This document shows, piece after piece, positions 1 to 12,333 of a stretch of 64,000 nt of DNA. Location: NCBI GenBank assembly GCA_026914245.1, contig CP110439.1, positions 6,138,001-6,202,000 on the forward strand, written 5' to 3'. The DNA is from Puccinia triticina (taxonomy: Eukaryota). How positions within the stretch are numbered: the first letter of the stretch is position 1; each line of letters opens with the position of its first letter. Position numbers and translations under genes: made by a program. A model generated the notes under the pieces. It was not told the origin of the DNA and made no database searches. It saw only the letters and a list, made by a program, of their open reading frames with translations.

Positions 1-1691
1 GAGTAGGACTGTGGCATATTGAGTGCACAGATGGACTAGTTGTAGGAATCTGAGATCTTTTTTTAAACTTTATTGCAGCACACAAACTATAGCTAGTAGT
101 AGTAGATACTAAAAACAAGAATAAAAAGGTCAAAACAGATGTAAATGAAGAAACAATGATTGAAAGAGTGAAATCATGTACCTTCTTATAGTTCGGGTCC
201 TTACTATAATTCAAAAGAGATTTTTAAGAAGACTTTGACAGGAATAAAGGGAAAACAGACAAAACAAGCCTAAAAGAAATCTGGGTTAACAATGAATCAT
301 GAGTGAGACAAGAGAGAAAGAAAAGGGGATCAATTTGTACCTCCACTTGTGTCTGATCCGTGCTCCTCCTGAATCTTCTGAATCTCAGACAAATGTTTGA
401 ATCGGAACCAAATTGCAAAACTAGGACATTTAATCAAAAGTTGATTGAGGGCTTGTATGTTCAACGGAGTTGTAGCAATGAAGTCGTACTCCAAAGAAGT
501 TCCTCTCTGAGTTCAGGGGGAGAACCAGGGGACGCGCGGCAGTGCTGACACATTGCATATTCATCATACAATTTGAATTATTTTCTGACACTAGTAGCGA
601 TGCAGAGTTAGGTGAACTGGGGCAGCAGAAGTGGACGTCATCAGTGGATGATGTTGGGGTGGGAGCGCTGGGTAGAGACTATCTCCTGAGGCTAGTCACG
701 GGGTGCAGGAGAACAGGCGTTGGAGATGTGCTAGGCTGGGAGGCAATTTAGGCGGAGTTTTTTAGTGCGGGAAAGTGGGAATGCGGACAACCTTGGGTGG
801 AATGGAGGACGGCGGGGCAGACATTCTACTTACTACTCTTACAATACCAACATTGTAGTAACTGTTTTCTCATGTGTCCCTTTACGGATTACAAGTGTGC
901 GGAGAGTCTTTTTTACCTACCCAAAAAATCATACCTTTGCAGAGTTCTTGCGTGTGGAAGCAAAGCAGTTGAACCCTTTGAAGACTAGGTGGATCATATC
1001 AGACTCACGGAGGAGTGCTGAAGGGATTTTTACATTGCGGAGTTTCAGTGCAGACTACCAAACAAGCCTGGAACTATTCTAGAAGGAAGGCGGACACTCA
1101 ATTTTATCTATACTTCCCCCTTTTTATTAAACAACAATGAGAGGGGATGTATGCTACCTGAAGGTGGATCTGTAAGCTGCGCCTTCATTAGCTTCTGTTC
1201 TCCCTCATTCTGCTTCTGTTCTAGTTCTAGCTTTTGCACTTACCAATACAGGGGCTAGTCAAATTAGGATCCTAGTCTTATCCTGTCTGTAACGGTGCGT
1301 TGTTTCTGTTTCTGCTTGGCAAACAAAGTTCAAGACAAGTTAGTGCTGTCTCTCTTGGGTCTAGGAGAGGAGACTGCTCACCCATTGTGGAACTACTCTT
1401 TGGGATGAATAGAGCTGGAGAGGGAATGTTGCTTTAATGGGCTGCCTCTCTGGGAACAAGAAAAGTATATAAGAGTGTGGACTCTTATGGAAAGGTGTGG
1501 CTATAGAGGATTCTTGAGGTATGTCTTGAGGGTTACTTTTCTACTAATCTAATATTTTGTACAAAGATGAAAAGCTTTTCCAATCTGATTTATTGGCATA
1601 AGCAAGGCTAATGATAGGTGACCAGTGATCTGAATTACTTTGACAGGATCTGATTGGGAACAAATGAATAGGAAAACAACCCAGTTTATAT

Positions 1692-1894
1692 CAACGCTGA
1701 AACAAATACAATACATGGAGCGTATATGGTAAACGTTTTTCATTGAAGATGGAGACCTACATGTCCTCTTTTTTATTTTTAGCCCTGATTATGTATAGGA
1801 TGGCTGAAAACAAAAAATAGGACATGTTGGTCTCCATCTTCAATGAAAAACGTTTACCATATACGCTCCATGTATTGTATTTGTTTCAGCGTTG
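1692..1894. mobile_element. Foldback MITE with 7-bp TSD (hATw-like termini)
   Basis: CAACGCTGAAACAAATACAATACATGG...GGAGACC from 1692 is the reverse complement of ~1829-1894, and imperfect pairing continues inward. TTTATAT flanks both sides (1685-1691, 1895-1901). Confidence 0.9.
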
Positions 1895-1914
1895 TTTATA
1901 TACACAAGAAAGAG

Positions 1915-3025
1915 CACCAGGGGAGACTTTGACGCACTCTCCAGAGAGTGCCAGAGTCTAACTTTATGTTGTTCTGGGTCTGATGTGAGTCAGATGTGGA
2001 TTAGGAAATGATTGATAAATTCTTCAGAAGTCAATGGGAAGTGTGTCAGAAGTGATGCCAAATTGTCAGAGGACCTTGTGCAATGTTGTATACAACCATT
2101 CAATTTTCTAATGATAACTTAATTACAACCTGTAATGAAATAATAGTTAATCAATGCCCAATTATTACTCATTTATGGTGAATTTCTGCTGATCAAATTC
2201 TCTATGTCAAAGGGGTTTCACACAATGTAAATGTGACTTGCGGGGGCTTTCATGGCTTTCTGACTGGGTTTTACTTGCAATGGAGCTGTGAAAGGCCCCT
2301 CCAGTGATCTTTCACCCTAATGTACGCGCGTACACAAAGGTGACATTGGCAAAGTGGAAAAAAAATCACATGCATGTGCATGGAGACATTGGAAAACAAA
2401 AAAACACAAAAACAACTCACAAGCTCATATATGTTAAGAAGCCAGGATGTCTAGCTGTAATCTGGGATCAAAAACCTCCAAGCTTAACTTGACTCATATA
2501 TTCCCCCTACTTTCATCCTTTTTTGGCTCAATTCTAGATGATACTGGCCTTCTTTAGGGAAATATGCCAATTCAGATGGGCCTTTCACATAATTCTAACA
2601 GGGGTGTACATGTTGTTGATCTGCGGGAGGCCCAACCTGAAATTTGTGATAACCTTTTACGCGCGCACATGAGGGTTACATTAGCAAATTGAAAACAATG
2701 ACCACTTTCATGTGCATGTAAATAATATGAATTGAACCCCAAGAATTCATCTCAATCAACAAACAGTTCAAATTGAATTATGATTCAATTGTGGCCATTG
2801 TGTCTTAGTGGTTACAACTGCATTCCAGTTGTGTTCCAGCTGACTCCTGCATGACTTCTGGATGATTTATGCATGAATCCAGGATCAGTTTCAGATCATT
2901 TGTGGATTAGTTCCAGAATCTTTCATTACTTCTTACACTACTTTCATCAAAGGCATCCAGCACAGTTACAGAAAAAGGGTACAGTATGGCACTCTCTGGA
3001 GAGTGCTTCAAAATCCCCCCTGGTG
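1915..3025. mobile_element. Non-autonomous CACTA/EnSpm-type element (CACCA termini)
   Basis: TIRs CACCAGGGGAGACTTTGACGCACTCTCCAGAGAGTGCCA and TGGCACTCTCTGGAGAGTGCTTCAAAATCCCCCCTGGTG. 3-bp TSD GAG (1912-1914, 3026-3028). Confidence 0.85.
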
Positions 3026-3112
3026 GAGGAGCCATGAGGAAACAAGGATAACCTGAAGGGAAGCATAGAAAATTCTACTTCTATAGGATGAAACAGCCAT
3101 GTGGTCAGAGTA

Positions 3113-4850
3113 CAAACTTGACAGAAGTCCCTTGTACCCAGTTTGGTAGAGGGGCGCGGGCGGCGTGTGCAACCCCACTACCATTGGTAGAGGGACTTGC
3201 ATGCAATCCCACTTTCATAGATAAAATGCTCTTGGTGTAGAGCACACCTTTTTGGCACAACACCTCACAAAACCAGCAAACCTTGTTTTTCTTTTACATG
3301 TAGCCAATGGCCTGCTTCTTGCCGTCACTTCAGTCTATTCAAAACTTTGAATTTCAACTTGTAGTATGTTATATATTTTTTGAAAAGTCCGGGTCTTTGA
3401 GATCCCTCCTCAACTGTTACACTCTGAAACCTATGATCTGCAATTAAATCCTAAATTAATTTTCTCGTACCTTTTCCTCTTTTTTTCCAATCAACCTTGA
3501 TTAGTAAGCTACAGTTCTCCACCAAAGACCTACCAAGACTCAAGGAATAAATCTTGGCCGGACAGAACCCGCTCACTTCATTGGCGAGAACGCCAATCTT
3601 GGCCAGACAGAACTCACTCAATTCATTGGGATCTGGTTTGCTTCACAGGACCCTTCCACCTCATCGGCGACAGCAATTGATCTCGGCCCAACAGAACATG
3701 CTCCATTCATTGGGATCTGGATCCCGCTGGTAAGTCCATCACATCATTTGTTCAAAAAAACATCACTGTATCCTCCACACATCCCCAAGAGCGCTATGGT
3801 GCGCCGCTGGGGCGTTGTTGTCTCCCCACCAGGAGCTGTGTGAGTGGAAACTGGTGTTGTTGTTGTGGGACCTTTGGCTCCTTCTTTGTGGGATGATGTG
3901 GAGGAGTGTGCCCAACCATATTCACATAATTGATTCTCTCCAAGTGAATCAAGTGGATTCAACACCGGCATAGTTGCCTTCTGTGTTGAGGGGGCAGACA
4001 AGTGGTGATACATACATCTTGGTGATCCAAGTCTTCCCGGAACTGGTGCCCGATAAAACAAAAGTATTTCTTTTTTTCACAAGATTTACAACGGCGTCGA
4101 CCTGTAAAGCCGTTGGTGTTTGACCAAAAAAGGACTTGGAATCTTTGATAATGTACTCCCGGAGAGAATCATCATTCATATCAAGTATTGTCTGTATCAA
4201 CTTGATCCTACTGTCTCGGACAGCTTGATTCTTGAAGAATTTCTTAGCTAGACTTTTGGGAGACATCAGACCGGCACTCGAAGATCTTGAGGTGGAACTT
4301 GATGAGGAACTCAAAGATGCCCTTGTCAGCACTTTGATTGGTACTCTAGGCATGTTTGCAGCCGTCTGGTCATTATTGTTTTGTCAGTGTGTTCTGCTGG
4401 TTCTTGATTTTCTGGGTTCTCCCTTGATGATTGTGATCACAACACACTATGTCAAAGAGCTTACCAATGACCATTGGAGACTTACAGAAAGTCAGTCGCC
4501 CTCACGTGAAAAGAGCAATGGCTTTCGTGATTTCACACTCCGAGGGAATTAATTACAATTGGGCATTGCATTGAAAAAAAGAGCAGCTCAACACAAATTT
4601 ATTTTGTCATTATAAAATCAAGTTAACTAGATAGAGAAAAGCTACATAGTACAAGAGGTGCACATCAGATCAGACAAGGATTCCATGTCTTGGAATAGTC
4701 ATCTAAGTGTGTGGGTTTTTTTATATCTAATTTAAAGGTGTAATCGGGGTAATTTGCGAATGCTGTCAGCCCCGCAACCCAACTTTGCATATAAGCCTCT
4801 CTACGAGAGTGTTGCCCCCGCAAGACCTCCAGAGAGGCTGCTTAAGCTTG
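3113..4850 (-). mobile_element. AcademH-like DNA transposon derivative with 9-bp TSD
   Basis: Perfect 9-bp TSD GTCAGAGTA (3104-3112, 4851-4859). Termini CAAACTTGAC and CTTAAGCTTG with subterminal hairpins. Contains a RecQ-type helicase fragment. Confidence 0.8.
3924..4353 (-). pseudogene. RecQ-like superfamily-2 helicase N-terminal fragment, frameshifted
   Basis: Q-motif and Walker A region TPTALQVDAVVNLVKKRNTFVLSGTSSGKT in ORF 3949-4353. Motif Ia-like VLNPLDSLGENQ follows in another frame (ORF 3744-4061). Confidence 0.75.
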
Positions 4851-5355
4851 GTCAGAGTAGTGGTTCAAGGAGTCACATGATGTTGTAATAGTGGGTGGGG
4901 ATGATGCCATCTTCTGGGGCTATGGTGAAATCTTCTTAGTTGGAGGAGGGGATATGTGAGACATAACAGGGGTAGAATATTCTATGATCTAAGATAGGAG
5001 GAGTTAGGTGTTTCAGGAAGTAATAATCTAGGGATCTAAGATAGGAGGAGTCAGGTGTTTCAGGAAGTGTTTCAGGAAGTAATAATCTAGTTGGGGTTTG
5101 GGGCTATGTCTAGTATGATGTGTATCATGCTGGGTTTGGAGGGTGAAGGGTTTCAAGGGTGCTTATACATCTTTGAGCACATGGTTTTAAGGAAAAACTA
5201 GAAGGGGGTAACATGTGATCTGGGTAGATGTTTGAGACTAGGGAGAGGGTTTATCCAAGAGAGGGGGAGTGTGGGAATAGAAAATACTATTATCCAGAGT
5301 ATGACCATTGAGTGGGTATGTTGAGGGCCTTGGGCTTTGCTGACAAGGGGGCCAG

Positions 5356-6617
5356 CACTGCAAAAAACTCTAGAAACTGCTTGCAGTTGAGATGCAAGAA
5401 CTCAAGGCAAGCTGTGCGTCATGCAAGAATCAAGCACTGGTTGATTCCATGCACATTTCATAATTTATGCAAGAGTGAGTCTAAGGTACAAAAAACTGAG
5501 TAAAGGCTCCAAAATATTTATTTGATACCTGTGCAAATTCCCCTTTCATGTACACATACCCCTTTCATGTGCACATATCCCTTTAATTTTTTATGCATTC
5601 AACCCTTTCATAATGTGTACATACCCCGTTTTGTGCACATACCCCTTCCGTGTGCGTGTATCCCTTTCATGTGCATGTATCCCTTTCACAATGTCCACAT
5701 ACCTCTTTCATCATGTTTTGATGACCCTTTCATATTTACATGTCCCCTTGGAGCTTTTTAAATCCCTTTCAATACCCCTTTCATCATTCAGTTCTACATA
5801 CCCCTTTGATGTTTACATATCCCTTTCATGTGCAAATTGAAATACCACTTAATGCAAATACCCCTTTCATGTATAAATACCCATTTCATCATGTGTACAT
5901 ATCCCTTTTATGTACTAATATTCCTTCTCACATTTCCTTTCATATGTAGATATCCCTTTCATGTGTACATACTCTTTCCATGTTATTCTGGCTGGATTCA
6001 ATGGCACATGGAGTGTTTACTAAAAGCAAATAAAAGATTGCTCAGGGGGATGCTCATTTTCAAGGTTGAGCATTTGCCTCAGCCTACTGCATGAGCACTT
6101 GTAAGCGCTCCAAATAGAGGGGCGCTTCACTGGTTGGAAGCTGGCACTGGGGACAAGGATGGCTGGGCCTTGGAAGCTTTCTAGAACCAACGTAGCTGTT
6201 TTGATTGCAAGTGGGGCGAGCTAGCTTGGGAGAGATGACAGATCAATCTCTGTTAGTTCTACTTACAACATCATGGGCAAAACGGACAAGGGTCAATACA
6301 GAAGGGAGAAAAGGAAAGAAGGGACTGGCTTCCCTAGCTCAAGAGAGATGACAGATCAATCTCTACCAAGCTAGGAGGGGCGGGGGTGTGGTTGGACTAT
6401 AGGCAAGGACGAATGGAGGCTTGTGATCCTTCTTGTGACAGCCCCAAGGCGGGGGGTCACAGCACTACAGCATGTTCAGAATTGGGATGCTGAACAAGGT
6501 GCACACTCAAGGTGCACCAGCACACAATTTGAGTGCTTGACTCCAGCTTGAGCTGAGGCTTGATTCAAGCTTGCTGCATCTCAACTGCAAGCAGTTTCTA
6601 GAGTTTTTCTTGCAGTG
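5356..6617. mobile_element. Non-autonomous CACTA-type element (CACTG termini) with internal ~22-bp repeats, copy 1
   Basis: TIR CACTGCAA(G)AAAACTCTAGAAACTGCTTGCAGTTGAGATGCA. TSD CAG (5353-5355, 6618-6620). Degenerate CCCCTTTCATGTGCACATA repeats at ~5540-5980. Homologous to 61301-62650 in the opposite orientation. Confidence 0.9.
6100..6461. mobile_element. Solo LTR nested in the CACTG element
   Basis: TGTAAG...TCACA ends and 5-bp TSD GCACT (6095-6099, 6462-6466). Absent from the second CACTG copy, whose empty site is near 61450-61460. Confidence 0.85.
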
Positions 6618-8485
6618 CAGAGGTATGGGATTTGGTCTTGAGGTGTGACAGCCTTGTGATTGATTGTTGCTGGTTTTCTGGTAGATCAGGATTGGCTTAC
6701 CACACTGTGACGGTGCTGGCTGCAATCCTAGCTAGTAGGGAGTCTGATTTCTTGGTACCAATACGGTCTGCAAGTGGTCTATGAGTGTAAGGTTGGGTAG
6801 CTTGGTCTGAGCTCCAACTTTAACTCCACTTGGGTAGCTACTTGTGTACTGAGCTTAATCTTCCTCTTTCCCTTGCGGTTCCCATGAAGGTTGCTGTGTT
6901 CACAAGTGAGCAAGCAAGGCTTTTCAGCTGGAGGACTTGGGTTGAGGTTCTGGGTCTGGACTGCTAGAGGGGGGCTTACCTCTATTTGCAGCTAGGTCTG
7001 TTTCTAGTTGTGCTAGCTTCCTTGACAGTTGCTGAGGACGGTCTGGTCCGGTAATCCTACATAAAGTTCCCCCCACATCTTGTGTCCACCTGTCGTGTAC
7101 AAGACACGGGCTCATAGGGCTGGAGAGCCTAGAGCTGTTCTAGGACCAAACACATGAGAGAGAGAACAAAATAAAAGGGCTCAACTGGATCAGAGAGAAA
7201 TGGAATCAGTTCTCTGCTGGGCCAAGCAAGAAAGGAGGCTGAACTATATGAGGTAGTGTCAGGGATGGTGTTCACTTGTGACATCTTGTGAGCCACAAGG
7301 AAGTATGGGGGTTTCCACTGAGCTACCTCTGTGCTTATTTTTACAATGGTTCATCTGTATTACATATTTTCATTCTGTCTACATACATATTTGTTTACTG
7401 AACACGGTTGAAATTTTCTTGTCTTCTTAGGGGTGTGTTGGAATGCGTGCTGCATTTAGTTTCTTAGCAGAGCATTGTGATTCATGCTGCGGCGAATTCT
7501 ACAATTTTTCTTAACTGCATATCACAATCTTATGTTCTGGGCTGTCCATCTTTAGCGTGCAATTTGGCATGTTAGCTGGGCTTGTCTTAAATTATAGCCC
7601 TGCTGACAAACAAGGCTGTTTGACAGAACAGGCCCATTGATATTGTTGATTTTTTGGAGGAGTTTTTCCTTGCTTACATCTCCTTTCCTTGGGGTAGTCT
7701 TCACCACAGGTCAGTTAGTTGCACCCAAGTTGAGTGCTTGATCAATAGTCACAGACCAGGTTTCATCAATGTTGAGGCAACAGAAGAAGATCTGTTCAAC
7801 AGAGTGCACAAGGTTGTACACAGCACTCATCTTCTTGATCTTCACAGCTTTTACCTTTTCAATCTACAGCACTTGCTTGATTGAGTCAATCTTGTTTTGT
7901 TGTGCTGAGATCTGATCACCTTGTGCTAAGATCTGATCACTGAACGCTGAAATACTGGCTTTGAGTTCAATATATGGTTGGAACATGTCTAGTAGAAAAG
8001 GTTTTATTTCCTTTGGCAGGGTGAGAAAATTGAGTGGTTTGTAATTCAGATGCATACAGCGAGTTCTACTTTTCTTTCCAGGACCAAAAACCAGTAAGCC
8101 ACTCATGGTTTTGAGGTGTTGGATGATTCTTGATGAATATTCTCTGATGGGAGTTTGCAGAACTTGGTCAATTGATGCTTGCAGCTCAGCTATTTCTGCT
8201 TTCAGAGTCTGAATTTCATTCATTGGAATATTTTCAGTGTTTTTTTGGTGCAATCAGGTGCTCAATCCATTTCAATATCTTGCGCATTCCTGGCATTGTT
8301 CTGTTCCATATGCTAGAAGGTATGGTAAAAAGTTTTGAGATTTCATCCAGTTTGGCAATTTCAATGGTTGACATAGATAGGCCTGAAGATACTTCTGGGT
8401 AAGGAGAGGATAAGCTTTCTGTTTTCTTGGATCTAGAGGCAAAATTAGGACTTGACATTTTTTTTTATTGCTGGGTTGCTTTATT

Positions 8486-9853
8486 AGGAGTGTGCCAAAG
8501 CGCACTCTTTTATTAGGAATGTGCCAAAACACGCTCTTGTGTCAAAGCACGCTCTTGTGCCAAAGCACACTCCTTTTGTAGGGGTGTGCCAAAGCACACT
8601 CCTTTGGTAGGAGTGTGCCAAAGCACACTCCTCCTTTGGTAGGAGTGTGCCAAAGCACACTCCTTTGGTAGGAGTGTGCCAAAGCACACTCCTTTGGTAG
8701 GAGTGTGCCAAAGCACACTCCTTTGGTAGGAGTGTGCCAAAGCACACTCCTTTGGTAGGAGTGTGCCAAAGCACACTCCTTTGGTAGGAGTGTGCCAAAG
8801 CACACTCCTTTGGTAGGAGTGTGCCAAAGCACACTCCTTTGGTAGGAGTGTGCCAAAGCACACTCCTTTGGTAGGAGTGTGCCAAAGCACACTCCTTTGG
8901 TAGGAGTGTGCCAAAGCACACTCCTTTGGTAGGAGTGTGCCAAAGCACACTCCTTTGGTAGGAGTGTGCCAAAGCACACTCCTTTGGTAGGAGTGTGCCA
9001 AAGCACACTCCTTTGGTAGGAGTGTGCCAAAGCACACTCCTTTGGTAGGAGTGTGCCAAAGCACACTCCTTTGGTAGGAGTGTGCCAAAGCACACTCCTT
9101 TGGTAGGAGTGTGCCAAAGCACACTCCTTTGGTAGGAGTGTGCCAAAGCACACTCCTTTGGTAGGAGTGTGCCAAAGCACACTCCTTTGGTAGGAGTGTG
9201 CCAAAGCACACTCCTTTGGTAGGAGTGTGCCAAAGCACACTCCATTATTAGGAGTGTGCCAAAGCACACTCCTTTTGTAGGAGTGTGCCAAAGCACACTC
9301 CTTTTGTAGGAGTGTGCCAAAGCACACTCCTTTTGTAGGAGTGTGCCAAAGCACACTCCTTTTGTAGGAGTGTGCCAAAGCACACTCCTTTTGTAGGAGT
9401 GTGCCAAAGCACACTCCTTTTGTAGGAGTGTGCCAAAGCACACTCCTTTTGTAGGAGTGTGCCAAAGCACACTCCTTTTGTAGGAGTGTGCCAAAGCACA
9501 CTCCTTTTGTAGGAGTGTGCCAAAGCACACTCCTTTTGTAGGAGTGTGCCAAAGCACACTCCTTTTGTAGGAGTGTGCCAAAGCACACTCCTTTTGTAGG
9601 AGTGTGCCAAAGCACACTCCATTATTAGGAGTGTGCCAAAGCACACTCCATTATTAGGAGTGTGCCAAAGCACACTCCATTATTAGGAGTGTGCCAAAGC
9701 ACACTCCATTATTAGGAGTGTGCCAAAGCACACTCCATTATTAGGAGTGTGCCAAAGCACACTCCATTATTAGGAGTGTGCCAAAGCACACTCCATTATT
9801 AGGAGTGTGCCAAAGCACACTCCATTATTAGGAGTGTGCCAAAGCACACTCCA
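8486..9853. repeat. 29-bp palindromic tandem array (~47 units)
   Basis: Unit AGGAGTGTGC-CAAA-GCACACTCCT-TTGGT has a perfect 10-bp stem. Linker variants TTGGT, TTTGT and (A)TTATT occur in blocks. Confidence 0.97.
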
Positions 9854-12333
9854 TTTATACCCTATTTGTTTCTGGTCCTGGATATGTGTGTTTTTTGGGC
9901 GGAAAAAGTGGCATTAAGTCCACAGGGGATATGTGATCAGTATGTTGTCATAATCTTGATTTGAGTTTGCTGATTCCTGAGTTTTTTTCTTCTTCCTTTT
10001 TTTTTGAAAAGATGAAGTGAAAAGGTCTTTACATTGTGTGCTATTGCCTGTTTTGCCTTCTCATTCTCAAGCCTCAATTGTCTTGGTAGTCAAGTAAGCT
10101 GACTTGAATGACTCACACGCGCTGCGCCGGTTGTGGGGTCTAAGAGTGAGGAGGCACTCAGGCTCAGCAAGGGTCATGCCTGACTGCGACCAGACATTCT
10201 CTTGGGGTCAAAGAAGGTCTATTGGGGCCCGGAGGGCTCTTTGACCTTTGGTTTGAACATCTCAAACGCTTCATGCCATTTTGTCAGTGTTGACATGCTG
10301 ATAAGCTAACAAGCAGGGAGTCAACATTGTTACTGGCTTGTTGAGTTGAGCCACCAGCCTTCTTGATAGCAGCAATGAAAGCGTTTGCCGCATCTTCCGG
10401 GAAAGTGCTTCATGCGAGGGGGCACGTTGCTTCCATCGGGATTGGCGGGGAAATTACCAACTTTGCGCAGTGGTGATTGCCCTGTTGACGACCCCCTTTG
10501 AGATCACTGGTGACTTTGGCCATGTCGATCAGAGCAGGAAGCAGCTGGGGGGTGACGGGATGGACAGTGCCGGTTGGCCTGCCATCAGCATCAAGGGTAA
10601 AGCAGTACTGGGAGAGGAAGCCGGTGTTGACCCGGGCAAATTGCTTGTGCTCTTGTGGATCTTCATCCTGGCCAGCGGCTGACAGAATAAGACAGGTGAA
10701 GATATTATAGTGTTGGCTCCAGAGTTCGGACTTTTGTTAAGTCTTGCCAACCATTGCACACTCCTCAGAATTTTTCCGTGTGACTATCCACAACAAAGAT
10801 GAGCGAGTTGATGAGACTGAAGGGGCGGAGGACGCAGGGGCTTGCCCGGAAGGCCCAATTGGTGCCCGCAAGTTGCCAGAACAGGGCCCTGCTGGACCAT
10901 TGTTCTTCTTTGGCGAGGGGCCCACGGTCTCCCCTGTCCAACTGAAAATATAATATTGGTTGGCTTGCTCAACGCCAACAAACAGGTTCAGAATCTCCCT
11001 CTGTTCAAGAATGACCAGGGCTGATTGCAAGAGTAACGGGGCGGCGTGATGGGCGCCTAGGAGTCGAGATTTTACGTTTATTCAAGATCAAAACAGCTGA
11101 ATAGAGTGGATGTCAGCACACAAATTTTGATATGAACACAGCCAATGGGAGGCTGTATGATTTGTGGGGTCGCGTGGCGTTTTGACATTGGCAAGGCTGA
11201 GGGGAGGTCTAGCGGGGGAAACGGGAGGTGCAGTTGTTGGGCAGGCGGGGATGGGGTCGTCGTGGTGTTAGAAGATTTTGTGGTTGAGATCATGGCATAA
11301 GCAACCAGTCAACTTCTGTTGGTGGTTGTGTTGGCTTTGGCAACAGTGAAGTGGAGTCGGTGGGGAGTCTGCCGGCAAAGGTATTTAACAAGGTCACTCT
11401 CAAAGGGATGATGATTTTCTGTTAGGGCATCCCCCATTGCACTTGCACAGGGTGATATCCTCACAGCCCCAACTTTTGCTTCTCACAGTTCTGCCAGGCT
11501 GAGCGGGTTAAATCTGGTCTCTTTTTACCTGTGGCATGTCACAGGCTGGGAGTTTGTTAAATCTGTTGCTTTTCATGTATAATTAGTCACCTACAATTTG
11601 TATTTTTGTGTTTTTTGCTGGTTTAACTTGTTTTTATATGGTATTTGCTTGGGTACAGGGGAAACCCTTAAATTTTTGTTTGGTGAATCTGTGGTTTTAA
11701 TAAACTTAGATGCGGCCCTACATAGCTTGTTGTTTTCTCTTTCCTAGCTCAGCAGACACCCAACTACAACTGACTTGTCTCCCTGAGCTAGGTATTTTGC
11801 TTCTTTCTCTTTCTCTTCTTCTCCTTTCTCAGTTGTACTCAGAAGACACCCAACCCCAACTGACTTGTCTCCCTGAGCTAGATGCAATAAAGACCCCAAC
11901 ATTGGCATCAGAATTCCTTGAGACCGTTGTCTCTCCTGAGTGCCAGTGCCTAGCCCAGTGAAGAGCTTCCAGCTCATACACACAGTATGTATTTATGTAA
12001 TCAAAAAAAAAAAAAGAAAAGAAAAGAAACAGAATAGTAAACCAATGATGAAGAGCTGAAGGATAAAGCAGTTCAGTTAAAGGAAGATGATACAAAAAGT
12101 AAGTGAAAAGGACAGCCCAAGATGATGTTGAGGGTAAATTGGGTGATACCAGACTAAGAGAAGTTTGACAAGATGTCAAGGACAAAGTCCGAGCACAATG
12201 AGTCAAAGTATAACCATCATTCAGTGGGGAAGGATAACAGTAAGAAGAACAACTAGACTATATACATGTATAATATAGGCTAAGTTGTGGGTGTATAGGT
12301 TAGAAGCATACTACATAGGGAAATGCTAATACA

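Noticed and set aside
1..1560. LTR retrotransposon 5' region
   Set aside because: TG-starting LTR-like segments occur at ~1171 and ~1288, but no gag/pol motif, paired LTR or TSD could be confirmed.
8484..9673. Long Cys/His-rich ORFs in all three minus frames
   Set aside because: Artefact of a stop-free 29-bp unit; the same peptide cycles through all three frames.
8486..9853. CRISPR array
   Set aside because: The repeats are palindromic but separated by 5-nt near-constant linkers, not unique spacers. No cas genes are present and the context is eukaryotic.
7864..11293. Genes flanking the 29-bp array
   Set aside because: Fragmented minus-strand ORFs with no recognisable domain or consistent splicing. 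Probably decayed repeats.
11748..11881. 44-bp direct repeat pair
   Set aside because: The repeat is real, but no termini or TSD link it to a definable element.
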